Assembly (NCBI GenBank): GCA_023444045.1
Contig: JAEZRQ010000006.1
Location: forward strand, 29,533-93,532
DNA length: 64,000 nt
Direction of reading: 5' to 3'
Source: Candidatus Parcubacteria bacterium
GTDB lineage: Bacteria; Patescibacteriota; Patescibacteriia; Patescibacteriales; UBA12465
The notes beneath the pieces were generated by a model. The model saw nothing but the letters and a program-made list of their open reading frames with translations. It was not told where the DNA came from and did not search any database. The translations under genes and the position numbers were made by a program. Below, piece after piece: positions 37,901-47,937 of the stretch. Position 1 is the stretch's first letter, and every line of letters begins with the position of its first letter.

Positions 37901-38921
37901 AAGAGCTGTTAAAGTAAAAGAAGAATTAGCAAAGAATCCAACTGAAGAGCAAGTTAAGCAGGATTTTGTAACCAGAAATATGCCAGATTTTAGCCGCTTA
38001 TCTTCGCAAACCTTCGCTAGCTCGGTAAACACTCCAAGTGCCAATAAGGGCAAAATTGATATTCCAAAAAAAGAGAACCATCAGAAAGTTGGGGTAGTGA
38101 TTATTATTTTAGGAATAATCTTTGTTTTAGTTTTGATTTATTTAGGCTATCTTTACTTTATTAAGCCAAATTTAGCATCTCCTGAGAGTGAGGTTATCTA
38201 TACCCAAGAGACGGTTGAGCAAAATAATGAAGAAAGTAAGGCAGGTGAGGTCATCTTAGAAGATAAAAACATTAACACCGAAGAGCCTATCATTGTAACA
38301 ACCACGCCAGAGATATTAGAGGAAGATGAAGAATTAGTTATGCCAGAGGAACTGCCGATAGTTTCTAATGTTATTACTGTCTCTAAAGTTGATTCTGATG
38401 CTGATGGCCTAACTGACGATGAGGAAACAATTATTGGCACCGATTTAAACAGAGCTGACACCGATGGCGATGGCTATCTAGACTTAGCAGAAATTAAGAG
38501 CGGTTATAATCCTTTGGTGCCAGCAGAAAAACTTTCTGAAAGCGCAGCAATTTATAATTATCAAATTGATTCACTAGCGACGGTAATCTATCCAACATCA
38601 TGGGAGGTAGTAGAGAACGAAAGTAATAACATGGTGATGTTTGCCGATGATGATAGGGCTTTTATTCAAGTTCTTTATCAGGAAAACCCTCAAAAACTAA
38701 CACCAAACTCGTGGTTCGCTGATCAATTTTCTGGTTTAAAACCGGGTGAATCTATTAGCGGCGATTCTTGGGAGGGATTTTTTTCTCAGGACGGGTTGTC
38801 GGCTTATATATTTAATAAAGATTTTTCTAGGGTTTATAATTTTTCCTGTTCTCCGCTGACAGAGGATACTAGCAGCGTGACTATTTTTAACTTAATGATA
38901 AAAACCTTAATAATAAAATAA
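37893..38921 (+). CDS. membrane-anchored TSP3-repeat protein (paralog of 36927 gene) with extra C-terminal domain
   Basis: TM (VGVVIIILGIIFVLVLIYLGYLYF). DSDADGLTDDEE and DTDGDGYLDLAE repeats. Confidence 0.6.
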   Translation: MFKRAVKVKEELAKNPTEEQVKQDFVTRNMPDFSRLSSQTFASSVNTPSANKGKIDIPKKENHQKVGVVIIILGIIFVLVLIYLGYLYFIKPNLASPESEVIYTQETVEQNNEESKAGEVILEDKNINTEEPIIVTTTPEILEEDEELVMPEELPIVSNVITVSKVDSDADGLTDDEETIIGTDLNRADTDGDGYLDLAEIKSGYNPLVPAEKLSESAAIYNYQIDSLATVIYPTSWEVVENESNNMVMFADDDRAFIQVLYQENPQKLTPNSWFADQFSGLKPGESISGDSWEGFFSQDGLSAYIFNKDFSRVYNFSCSPLTEDTSSVTIFNLMIKTLIIK

Positions 38922-38934
38922 AATTCAGATAAAA

Positions 38935-38966
38935 AAAGACCCTTTAAAATTAAAAGGTCTTTTTTT
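38935..38966. terminator. bidirectional Rho-independent terminator between convergent genes
   Basis: AAAGACCCTTT...AAAAGGTCTTT hairpin flanked by A-run and T-run, between the + TSP3 gene and clpP (-). Confidence 0.6.
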
Positions 38967-38974
38967 GTTTTAAA

Positions 38975-39574
38975 TTATTTTAAAACCACATCAATTAAAC
39001 CATATTTTTTTGCCTCTTCGGCGCTCATCCAATTATCTCGGTCACTGTCGCGTTCTACTTTTTCTTTTTTTTGTCCGGTGTGTAGAGATAATATTTCGTT
39101 TAATTTATCTTTAGTTTTTAAAATATGCTCTGCTTGGATTTTAATATCAGAAGCTTGTCCTTCAGTGCCACCCATTACTTGGTGGATCATAACTTCACTA
39201 TTAGGCAGAGCCATTCTTTTTCCTTTTGTGCCGGCTGATAGTAGCAGCGAAGCCATAGAAGCAGCCATGCCGACACAAATAGTAGCAACATCAGCTTTAA
39301 TATATTGCATGGTGTCATAAATAGCTAGCCCAGCGCTAACAGATCCTCCTGGAGAATTAATGTAAAACTTAATATCTTTAGTTTTATCCTCAGCATCAAG
39401 AAATAGTAGTTGAGCGATAATAATATTGGCAACATGGTCATCAATAGCTTCGCCTAAAAAAATAATTCGGTCTTTTAAGAGACGGGAATAGATATCATAA
39501 GCTCTTTCCATTTGTCCCTCTTTTTCAATTACAGTTGGTATAAGTGGCATATTTTTATTTTTATTTGTTAGCAA
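38975..39574 (-). CDS. clpP: ATP-dependent Clp protease proteolytic subunit
   Basis: [22 protein letters not shown], catalytic Ser in [11 protein letters not shown], His in EVMIHQ. Confidence 0.9.
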   Translation of the reverse strand: MLTNKNKNMPLIPTVIEKEGQMERAYDIYSRLLKDRIIFLGEAIDDHVANIIIAQLLFLDAEDKTKDIKFYINSPGGSVSAGLAIYDTMQYIKADVATICVGMAASMASLLLSAGTKGKRMALPNSEVMIHQVMGGTEGQASDIKIQAEHILKTKDKLNEILSLHTGQKKEKVERDSDRDNWMSAEEAKKYGLIDVVLK

Positions 39575-39712
39575 AACAATTATAATTAAAAAACCTGATT
39601 TTGTAAAGGTTAGAGAAACTCTCAGGGCATTGATTTTTTATTAACTTTATTCTAAGATTTAAGGGCAAAATGTAGAATTTTTCTCATTTCGCTTTTTTTA
39701 ATTATATTTTAT

Positions 39713-41254
39713 ATGAAAAATCCGACCAAAGGTTTGTTTTCTTCTAAGAAGTCTCACTTAAGATTTTCTTTATTTCTGGTTTTAATTTTTGCAGCTATTG
39801 CGTTTCTAGCTAGTGCTGGCTCTTATTACAATCGTTTTTCCGATTATTTAGCTGGAGCCACTAAAAATGTTGTTATTCTGCCAAAAACACAAGAAATTCC
39901 TTTTATACTAGGCTTAGATCTGCAAGGCGGAACCCAGCTGACTTATGAAGCTGATGTCACTAACATTCCTGAAGAAGACAGAACTGCTGCTTTAGAGGGG
40001 GTGCGCGATGTGATTGAGCGCCGAGTTAATTCTACTGGTGTGAGTGAACCAGTAATTCAGGTTAATCGCAGTATTAATGGGGAATATCGTGTCATCGTGG
40101 AACTTGCTGGTATTAAGGATGTTAATGAAGCGATTAAAATGATTGGTGAAACACCGCTCTTAGAATTTAAAGAAATAGGTTCTTTGGTTAATGCTTCAGC
40201 TAGTGAAGAAGAGGGTTCTGATAATATTCAGGTAGAGTGGGTAAACACTGAGCTTACGGGTAAAAACTTAGAAAGTGCTGTCTTAACCTTTAATCAAAAT
40301 GATGGATCGCCTGAGGTGTCACTAAAATTTGATGAAGAGGGCGCTAAAATGTTTGAAAGTATTACTGAGAGAAATATTGGCAAAGAAGTAGCAATTGTCT
40401 TAGATGGTTACCCAATCAGTGTGCCAATGGTTAATGAAAAAATCCCTAACGGCGAAGCTCTTATTTCAGGCAGTTTTAGTGTCACTGAAGCTAAATTATT
40501 AGTTCAACGTTTAAATACCGGTGCGCTACCAGTGCCAATTTCTTTAGTTGGACAACAGACTGTAGAAGCTAGTTTAGGTCAAACATCAATTGATAATAGT
40601 TTTAAGGCTGGTTTGGTTGGCTTCCTTTTAGTAGCCCTGTTTATGATTATCTACTATCGTCTGCCGGGGCTTATTTCTGTTGTCTGTTTGGCAATTTATT
40701 CTGTGGCCGTACTGGCTATCTTTAAGATGATGCCTTGGTGGATGATGATTATTTTCTTAGTAACTCTATTTATTTTGTTTATTTCGTCATTTAAAGAGCT
40801 TAAAATTTTTGATGGTGTCCTGTCTTCAATTATGTTTGTGGTTGTCTTCATCTTTTTAGGCTATTATGCCCTTAATCCAGTAACTTTAACTCTAGCTGGT
40901 ATTACTGGTTTTATTCTTTCAATAGGCATGGCAGTTGACGCTAATATTTTGATTTTTGAACGTATGAAGGAAGAATTAAAAGATGGAAAACCCCTAGAAT
41001 TAGCGATTGATGAGGGTTTTAAAAGAGCTTGGCCATCTATTCGTGACGGTAATATTACTACTATTTTAGCCTGTTTTGTGCTGATGAGTTTTGGTACTGG
41101 CCTGGTAAAAGGCTTTGGTGCCACCCTATTTGTTGGTGTTTCAATTTCAATGTTAAGCAGTATTGTTATTACTAGTATTTTAATGAAAGGGTTGGCTGGA
41201 AAATTCTTAGCTCGTCATCCTTGGTTATTAGGCGTTAAGAAAATAAATAAATAA
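39713..41254 (+). CDS. secD: protein translocase subunit SecD
   Basis: GLDLQGG signature, periplasmic domain, C-terminal 6-TM RND-like bundle. Confidence 0.9.
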   Translation: MKNPTKGLFSSKKSHLRFSLFLVLIFAAIAFLASAGSYYNRFSDYLAGATKNVVILPKTQEIPFILGLDLQGGTQLTYEADVTNIPEEDRTAALEGVRDVIERRVNSTGVSEPVIQVNRSINGEYRVIVELAGIKDVNEAIKMIGETPLLEFKEIGSLVNASASEEEGSDNIQVEWVNTELTGKNLESAVLTFNQNDGSPEVSLKFDEEGAKMFESITERNIGKEVAIVLDGYPISVPMVNEKIPNGEALISGSFSVTEAKLLVQRLNTGALPVPISLVGQQTVEASLGQTSIDNSFKAGLVGFLLVALFMIIYYRLPGLISVVCLAIYSVAVLAIFKMMPWWMMIIFLVTLFILFISSFKELKIFDGVLSSIMFVVVFIFLGYYALNPVTLTLAGITGFILSIGMAVDANILIFERMKEELKDGKPLELAIDEGFKRAWPSIRDGNITTILACFVLMSFGTGLVKGFGATLFVGVSISMLSSIVITSILMKGLAGKFLARHPWLLGVKKINK

Positions 41255-41276
41255 CTAAACTATTTCAATTAACTTT

Positions 41277-42179
41277 ATGATTAATTATAAAATTATAAAA
41301 CATCGCAAATTCTGGTTATCTCTATCGGCGGTAATTGTTATAACTTCAATCTTCGCCATGTTTAATTGGGGCTTAAAAGCAGGGATTGATTTTACCGGTG
41401 GCAGCTTACTAGAGGTTAAATTTGCCGGTGGCCAGCCAAGCGTTAGTGATATCCAAAGCAGCTTAAGTGAGGTTAGTGTTAGTAGTTTAATTGTTCAGCC
41501 CACTGGAAACGATACAGTTATCTTACGTTTTCAGGAAACATCACAAGAGAAACATTCAGAAATTATAGAGGCTTTGTCAAAACATGAAATGGCTAAGGAT
41601 GGATTAACAGAAATTCGTTTTGAGTCAATTGGCACCTCTATTGGTGCAGAGTTAAGGAGTAAATCTTTTTGGGTAGTATTTTTAGTGCTTTTAATGATTA
41701 TCCTCTATGTTGCAATTGCTTTTAATAAAGTGTCTAAGCCGGTAGCTTCTTGGAAGTATGGCCTCATTGCTATTATTGCTTTATTTCATGATGTTATTGT
41801 GACTATGGGTGTCTTTTCTTTCTTAGGTTATTTTATTGGCACAGAGGTAAATACCCCTTTTATTGTAGCGATATTAACAGTTTTAGCTTATAGTGTTAAT
41901 GACACTATTATTGTTTTTGATCGTGTTAGAGAAAACCTACCTAAAAGTAAAGGGACTTTTGAAGAAACGGTTAATGACAGTTTAAATCAAACTTTTGTGA
42001 GATCAATTAATACTACTTTGACAGTTTTATTAGCACTGCTGGCCGTTCTTCTTTTAGGTGGCAGCTCCATCCGTGATTTTGCCCTTGCTCTAATGATCGG
42101 CATCTTTGCCGGCGCTTATAGTTCTATATTTGTCGCTAGTCCACTACTAGTTTATTTTAGAAAATGGCAAAATAAATAG
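41277..42179 (+). CDS. secF: protein translocase subunit SecF
   Basis: GIDFTGGS signature. C-terminal TM bundle with DRVRE. Confidence 0.9.
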   Translation: MINYKIIKHRKFWLSLSAVIVITSIFAMFNWGLKAGIDFTGGSLLEVKFAGGQPSVSDIQSSLSEVSVSSLIVQPTGNDTVILRFQETSQEKHSEIIEALSKHEMAKDGLTEIRFESIGTSIGAELRSKSFWVVFLVLLMIILYVAIAFNKVSKPVASWKYGLIAIIALFHDVIVTMGVFSFLGYFIGTEVNTPFIVAILTVLAYSVNDTIIVFDRVRENLPKSKGTFEETVNDSLNQTFVRSINTTLTVLLALLAVLLLGGSSIRDFALALMIGIFAGAYSSIFVASPLLVYFRKWQNK

Positions 42180-42194
42180 TTAATAGTTAATAAA

Positions 42195-42219
42195 AAGACC
42201 TCTCAGAGGTCTTTTTTTA
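42195..42219 (+). terminator. Rho-independent terminator
   Basis: AGACCTCT-ca-GAGGTCT hairpin + TTTTTTT after secF. Confidence 0.6.
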
Positions 42220-42240
42220 AATGTGTGATATAATTTTAGT

Positions 42241-44193
42241 ATGTTTAAAATTGATTTAAAATCTTTATATTCGTTGTCAGCTAAGTTAATTATTTCCGCT
42301 GTCTTATTTTTAGTCCCAGTCTTTTTTGTTTATTTTTATCCCTTAGATATTGATTTAAGTAAGATGGTCTTATTTAAGTGGTTATTACTATTATTGCTGC
42401 TAATAACTGGTCTTTTTTTAATTAATTATAGAATAACTATTAAGCAAGGGGTCTTTAAAAGCTTTAAACCATTAATACTTTTGTTTATTTTTTTAATAGT
42501 ATCTTTATTTTTTTCCAGTGACTTTAATGTTTCCTGGTTTGGCTCTTATGGGCGTTTTGAAGGCCTTACTTCCTGGTTTTTTTATTTGTTATGGATGCTA
42601 CTGACTTGGGTTTATTTGGAAACCAACCCCGGTCAAAAATGGCATAATATAATCTATTTTTTAAAAGTAGCAACTCTTTCCAGCTTACTAGTTTCTGTCT
42701 ATGCCGTCTTGCAGATTTTCGGCGTAGATTTTGTTACTTGGTCTGAACCAGCTCACTTAACTGGCCGGGCCGTTTCTTTCTTTGGACAACCAAATTATTT
42801 AGCATCCTGGCTAATGCTAATTATCCCAGTTAATACTTATTTAATATATCAGACTAGTAAAATAAAATTAAAATTTTTTTGGTTATTTGTTTTCATTCTA
42901 AATTTAGCCGCTTTATTATCTGCCGGGAGTCGGGCAGTTTTTTTAGTATTTTTGCTGATTTCGTTTATCTGGCTTATCTCTTTCTTGAAAAAAACAAATA
43001 AGCTTTCTAAAAAAAATATATATTTAATTATTTCTACTTTTTTTATCTTGGGAGTGTTGTTTTTATCTTCCCTAGCTTTTAGTAATTACTCTCGTTTTGA
43101 AGAGTTAATTAATTTAAAGAAGGGGAGTGCCTCTGACCGTTTTATCCTTTGGAAATCAGGTTTTTCAGCTTTTTTAGAAAAACCATTATTTGGCTATGGT
43201 CTTGATAATCAATCTCAAGCTTATTTTTCAAAATATGAAATTGATTGGGCGGTATATTCGCCACCTAATGTTTATTCAGATAGAGCGCATAACTTAATTT
43301 TAGATATCCTCTTAAGCGTTGGTATTTTAGGGTTAGGATTTTTTATTTATTTTTACTATTGGGTTTTTAAAAATTTGAGAATTGCTTCCAAGGATCTTAG
43401 TAATAACTGTTTACCGTATTTTTTAAGTTGGTCGTTGCTGCTTTATTTAGCGGCTCTAATGTTTAACTTCTCAGTTACGGTAACTAGTGTCTACTTTTGG
43501 TTTTATTTAGCTTTATCTATATCCTTAGTTAAACAATTTTCTATTAATTACTCTGAGAAAAAGAACAAACATTTTCTTCTATCTTTATTTTTAATTATTT
43601 CTTTATTATCTTTTGTTGGACTGGCCACTTTAAAAGAGTTTCGTCGTCTAGAGGCTAATTATTATTATCAGGAGTTTTTAAAAAGTAGTAGTGCTTCAGA
43701 AGATTTTGTCGCTCTGGTGTTTAAAGATTATTTAGATGATGTTTGGCTTAGTAGAACAGAGGCGGATTTTTATAATCGCCAAACCTCTCTAGTTTTAATA
43801 AGTAAGCTTTTAGAAGGTAATGATCCGGTTTTAAGAAAGGCTCTTTCGGATTATTTAACTATCAAGGTGGATTCTTTTTTTAGTAATAGTTTTGAAAATA
43901 AACTTGTGAGAGCTTTCTCTCTGGCAGTGGCAGGGAAGAAATATGAATCATTTACTCTCTTTGAAGAGCTAAGTTTAACTAGCAAAGAAATGCCGAAGAT
44001 TTTTTTAGCCTGGGGGGATTCTTTGATGTTATCTCAAAATTATTCTTTAGCGGCAGAAAAATTTGATCAAGCTTTAAAATTGTTACCAGATACTAATAAT
44101 TATGATTTAGGAGCTAAGCAAAAAAATGATATTATCTCTTATAGAGGTTATTTGCAGGGAAGATTGGACGCTGCTAAGAGTTTAGTTAATTAA
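42241..44193 (+). CDS. Wzy_C/O-antigen-ligase-family membrane protein with C-terminal TPR-like repeats (candidate pilin/protein O-glycosylation enzyme)
   Basis: About 11 TM helices, FFGQPNYLASWLMLIIPV and SDRAHNLILD Wzy_C-like loop. C-terminal soluble repeat region (about 200 aa). Confidence 0.55.
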   Translation: MFKIDLKSLYSLSAKLIISAVLFLVPVFFVYFYPLDIDLSKMVLFKWLLLLLLLITGLFLINYRITIKQGVFKSFKPLILLFIFLIVSLFFSSDFNVSWFGSYGRFEGLTSWFFYLLWMLLTWVYLETNPGQKWHNIIYFLKVATLSSLLVSVYAVLQIFGVDFVTWSEPAHLTGRAVSFFGQPNYLASWLMLIIPVNTYLIYQTSKIKLKFFWLFVFILNLAALLSAGSRAVFLVFLLISFIWLISFLKKTNKLSKKNIYLIISTFFILGVLFLSSLAFSNYSRFEELINLKKGSASDRFILWKSGFSAFLEKPLFGYGLDNQSQAYFSKYEIDWAVYSPPNVYSDRAHNLILDILLSVGILGLGFFIYFYYWVFKNLRIASKDLSNNCLPYFLSWSLLLYLAALMFNFSVTVTSVYFWFYLALSISLVKQFSINYSEKKNKHFLLSLFLIISLLSFVGLATLKEFRRLEANYYYQEFLKSSSASEDFVALVFKDYLDDVWLSRTEADFYNRQTSLVLISKLLEGNDPVLRKALSDYLTIKVDSFFSNSFENKLVRAFSLAVAGKKYESFTLFEELSLTSKEMPKIFLAWGDSLMLSQNYSLAAEKFDQALKLLPDTNNYDLGAKQKNDIISYRGYLQGRLDAAKSLVN

Positions 44194-44197
44194 TTAT

Positions 44198-44986
44198 ATG
44201 ATGAGTGAATATTTAATTTTAGGTCCATTTTTTGCTTTTATTTTTGGTTTAATAATGGGGAGCTTTATCAACTGCTTAGCTTGGCGGCTACATCTAGGAG
44301 AAAGTGTTTGGGGCAGGTCCAAGTGCCCTAAATGCCAAAACCAAATTTCTTGGTATGACAACTTACCTCTTCTTAGTTTTATGCTGTTAAAAGGGCGCTG
44401 CCGTCACTGTCAAAAAGGAATTTCTTGGCACTATCCGCTAGTGGAATTAATTACTGGTTTGCTTTTTTATTTTACTTTTTTATCATTTGCCACCGAGCCC
44501 TTAAAAATGATTTATGCCTTAGTGGTGGTGTCTATTTTAGTCCTAGTTTTTATTTTTGATTATCGCTGGTCTTTAATCCCTGTTTCCTTTCTTACTGGCG
44601 GTGCTTTAGTGGTCTTATTGTTAGGGGTACTAATAAATTATACCAATTTAGGAAATTATCTTTTTTTATCGGTATTTTTTGCTTTTGTAGGGGGATTTTT
44701 CTTTTGGTTGCAATATATTATTACTAAAAAGAAAGGTATCGGCGAAGGGGATATCTGGTTAGGGGTCTTTTTAGGACTGTCTTTTCCGAGCTTTAAGGAG
44801 TTGCTAGTAGTTATTTTGAGTGCTTATTTTATTGGCTCTTTAGTTGGGTTGCTTTTCATCTTGCTCAAGCGCAAACAGTGGGGTAGTCAGCTACCTTTAG
44901 GAGTCTTTTTGACTATTGGGGGTGTTATTGCCCTATTTTGGAGTGAGTTTATCGCTAATTGGTATTTAGGGCTATTTCAGTTATAA
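44198..44986 (+). CDS. pilD: type IV prepilin peptidase (A24 family)
   Basis: Zn-binding CPKCQNQISWYDNLPLLSFMLLKGRCRHCQ motif and 6-8 TM helices. 4 nt after the upstream stop. Confidence 0.85.
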   Translation: MMSEYLILGPFFAFIFGLIMGSFINCLAWRLHLGESVWGRSKCPKCQNQISWYDNLPLLSFMLLKGRCRHCQKGISWHYPLVELITGLLFYFTFLSFATEPLKMIYALVVVSILVLVFIFDYRWSLIPVSFLTGGALVVLLLGVLINYTNLGNYLFLSVFFAFVGGFFFWLQYIITKKKGIGEGDIWLGVFLGLSFPSFKELLVVILSAYFIGSLVGLLFILLKRKQWGSQLPLGVFLTIGGVIALFWSEFIANWYLGLFQL

Positions 44987-44992
44987 AATCGG

Positions 44993-45021
44993 TTGTTAAA
45001 AAAATAAAAATCTAGTATAAT
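44993..45021 (+). promoter_or_regulatory. sigma70-like promoter TTGTTA-17-TATAAT upstream of ftsA
   Basis: -35 TTGTTA (44993-44998), 17-nt spacer, -10 TATAAT (45016-45021), about 95 nt upstream of ATG 45117. Confidence 0.45.
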
Positions 45022-45116
45022 AAATTTAAACAAGTAAAACTCTTTTTGCTCAAGCGAATGTGGTTAAAATCCGTTTTTTCTGGGAGGTTTCGCTTTAGCC
45101 TATATCATTTATATTT

Positions 45117-46373
45117 ATGAGAGATGAAATTATTGCTGGCTTAGATGTTGGTTCAACTGCTATCCGTTTAGTGATTGGCCAAAAAATAGAAACTCCGGCT
45201 GGTGAAGACTTGCAAATTATTGGTGCAGTTGCTTCACCAACAGCAGGAGTTAATAAGGGGGTGGTCAGTAGTATTGAGGAAACAACTTCTTCTATTTCAG
45301 CCTGTTTAGAGAAAGCAGAACGTTTAATTGGCGTTCCAATTTCTAATGTTTGGGTCAGTATCAACGACCCCCATGTTAAGTGTGAGCGCAGCAAGGGGGT
45401 AGTAGCAGTTTCTAAGAGTGATGGCGAGATTAACGAAATTGATGTAAATAGAGCAATTGAGGCTGCTCGCGCTTTAGCGGTTCCGGTTAATTATGAAATT
45501 TTGCATGTTATTCCGGTAAAATTTGCAGTAGATAACCAAACAGATATTAAGGATCCAATTGGGATGAGTGGAATTCGTTTAGAGGTGGAAACTCTTATTA
45601 TTCAAGGCTTGTCTACACAAATTAAAAATTTAACTAAAGCTATTTATCGCACTGGACTAGAAATTGATGATCTAGTTTTAGCGCCTTTAGCTGGTGCCGA
45701 GTCGGTTCTTACTCCAAAACAAAAAGAGTTGGGAGTTGCTTTAATTAATATTGGTTCTTCAACTACCTCGGTGGCTATTTATGAAGAGAGAAACTTACTA
45801 CACACCGCTATTTTACCAATTGGCTCGGAGCATATTACGGCTGATATTGCTATTGGTCTCCGTTGCCCGATAAATTTAGCGGAGAGAATAAAGAGGGAAT
45901 TTGGCAGTTGTAATCCGGCCGATATTAGTAAAGAAGAAGAGGTTGATGTTCGTGCTTTAGTAAAGGAAGAGGATGTCAATGACGATATTGAAACAGTTTC
46001 TAAACATTATGTGGCAGAAATTATTGAAGCTCGGGTAGAAGAAATTTTAGAAAAGGTTGATGCGGAATTTAAAAAGATTGATCGCTCAGGAATGTTGCCT
46101 GCTGGAACAGTTTTTATTGGCAGCGGCGCTGAGCTTAATGGTCTAATTGATCTGGCTAAAAGAAAGTTAAGACTGCCAGCTTGTATTGGTGTTTCAAAAA
46201 ATGTTAATGTAGTAATTGATAAGGTTAAGAGTCCTGAATTTTTAACCTCACTTGGTTTAGTTCTTTGGGGAAACCATAATAGTGCTGAACCAAACAATAA
46301 TAATTTACGTAAAAATTTAGAAGGAGTTTTTGGCAAGGCTAAGAACTTTTTTCAAAGGATAATTCCAAAATAA
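45117..46373 (+). CDS. ftsA: cell division protein FtsA
   Basis: Actin-fold N-terminus IAGLDVGSTAIRLVIGQ. SHS2 insertion. 418 aa immediately upstream of ftsZ. Confidence 0.85.
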   Translation: MRDEIIAGLDVGSTAIRLVIGQKIETPAGEDLQIIGAVASPTAGVNKGVVSSIEETTSSISACLEKAERLIGVPISNVWVSINDPHVKCERSKGVVAVSKSDGEINEIDVNRAIEAARALAVPVNYEILHVIPVKFAVDNQTDIKDPIGMSGIRLEVETLIIQGLSTQIKNLTKAIYRTGLEIDDLVLAPLAGAESVLTPKQKELGVALINIGSSTTSVAIYEERNLLHTAILPIGSEHITADIAIGLRCPINLAERIKREFGSCNPADISKEEEVDVRALVKEEDVNDDIETVSKHYVAEIIEARVEEILEKVDAEFKKIDRSGMLPAGTVFIGSGAELNGLIDLAKRKLRLPACIGVSKNVNVVIDKVKSPEFLTSLGLVLWGNHNSAEPNNNNLRKNLEGVFGKAKNFFQRIIPK

Positions 46374-46384
46374 TTAATAGTTAT

Positions 46385-47584
46385 ATGGCTGAAATCAAAC
46401 CAGAAATTGAAACTTTTGCTAAAATCAAGGTCGTTGGTGTCGGCGGCGGCGGCGGAAGCGCTATTAATCGCATGGTTAATAGTGGTATTAAAGGCGTTGA
46501 ATTCGTGGCAGTAAACACTGATATTCAAGCTCTTCATTATAATAAAGCTGGTGAAAAAATTCATATTGGCAAGACTGTTACTCGTGGTTTAGGGGCGGGC
46601 ATGAATCCGGAATTAGGCAAGGCGGCAGCTGAAGAATCAGAAAATGAAATTAGGGAAGCTCTTAAAGGCTGTGATATGGTTTTTATTACTTGTGGCATGG
46701 GCGGCGGTACTGGGTCAGGCGCTTCGCCAATTGTGGCTAAAATATCTAGAGAATTAGGTGCCTTAACAGTGGCTGTTGTCACTAAACCATTTTCTTTTGA
46801 AGGCGGACAAAGAAAAAACATTGCTGATCGGGCTTTTTCAGAATTGGCTGATAAAGTAGATACTATTATTACTATTTCAAACGACAAACTATTACAAGTG
46901 ATTGATAAGAAAACTTCACTACTTGAAGCTTTTAATATTGCTGATGATGTTTTAAGACAGGGTGTGCAGGGAATTGCGGAAATTATTACCGTTCCTGGTA
47001 TTATCAATGCTGACTTTGCTGATGTTAAAGCGGTTATGTCTAATGCTGGTAGCGCTTTAATGGGTATTGGTCAGGCAAGCGGTGAAAATAAAGCAATTGA
47101 TGCTGCTAAATCAGCTATTAATTCTAGCTTACTTGATATGTCAATTGACGGTGCCAGAGGAATTGTCTTTACTATTACTGGTGGCGCTGATTTGTCAATG
47201 AGTGAAGTCAGTGAAGCCGCTAAAGTGATTACTGCTGCGGCTGATGAAGAGGCAAAAATTATTTTTGGAGCTGTCATTGATGAAAACTTAAAAGATGAAA
47301 TTAAGATTACCGTTGTAGCGACTGGTTTTGATGGCAAGGGCGGCGGAGTTAGCAGTAAAGTAGAGCCGGTTAAGAGTTATACAGCTAATTCTTTTATTGA
47401 AGAAAGTGAAAAGGAAATTCCTAGTGCTCAATCTTGGGCTGACAAAACAAAAACAAAATTATCTGTTTTCAAAAATACCCCAGTTAAGCCAATAATTGAA
47501 AAGAAAATGGAGCAGCCAGCAACTACTAATACCGAAGATGATGATTTAAGTGTTCCAGCCTTTATTCGGAAGAAAATGATGTAA
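46385..47584 (+). CDS. ftsZ: cell division GTPase FtsZ
   Basis: Tubulin signature GGGTGSGASP, VGVGGGGGSAINRM, T7 loop. Conserved C-terminal peptide DLSVPAFIRKK. Confidence 0.95.
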   Translation: MAEIKPEIETFAKIKVVGVGGGGGSAINRMVNSGIKGVEFVAVNTDIQALHYNKAGEKIHIGKTVTRGLGAGMNPELGKAAAEESENEIREALKGCDMVFITCGMGGGTGSGASPIVAKISRELGALTVAVVTKPFSFEGGQRKNIADRAFSELADKVDTIITISNDKLLQVIDKKTSLLEAFNIADDVLRQGVQGIAEIITVPGIINADFADVKAVMSNAGSALMGIGQASGENKAIDAAKSAINSSLLDMSIDGARGIVFTITGGADLSMSEVSEAAKVITAAADEEAKIIFGAVIDENLKDEIKITVVATGFDGKGGGVSSKVEPVKSYTANSFIEESEKEIPSAQSWADKTKTKLSVFKNTPVKPIIEKKMEQPATTNTEDDDLSVPAFIRKKMM

Positions 47585-47609
47585 AAAAACAACAATAAGT
47601 TTCTTAAAA

Positions 47610-47635
47610 AATAGGAGTTACATCCTATTTTTTAT
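47610..47635 (+). terminator. Rho-independent terminator after ftsZ
   Basis: AATAGGA-gttaca-TCCTATT 7-bp stem + TTTTTATTT. Confidence 0.55.
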
Positions 47636-47937
47636 TTATTAAAAAGATAGGTTTTTTTAATACGGTAAAGATTAGCTAATCTAAGCTGAGGCATCTTTTA
47701 ATCCCATCTTTATTGTTTTTTAAACCCCCCACTAATTATCCACAGTTTATAGAAATTAAAAAATAACCTTAAAAAACCTTTAAAATTAGGGACTTGCTTT
47801 AACTTGTCCCCCTCTTGGCTTTTTGTTACAATAGGGGTACATACAAGATGTAGTGGAATAAATAAAAAAATAACTACTAAATGTTGTTTTTGTCACTATT
47901 GACTAAATTTAATTCTTAAGGCAAAAAAACTTCTTTT

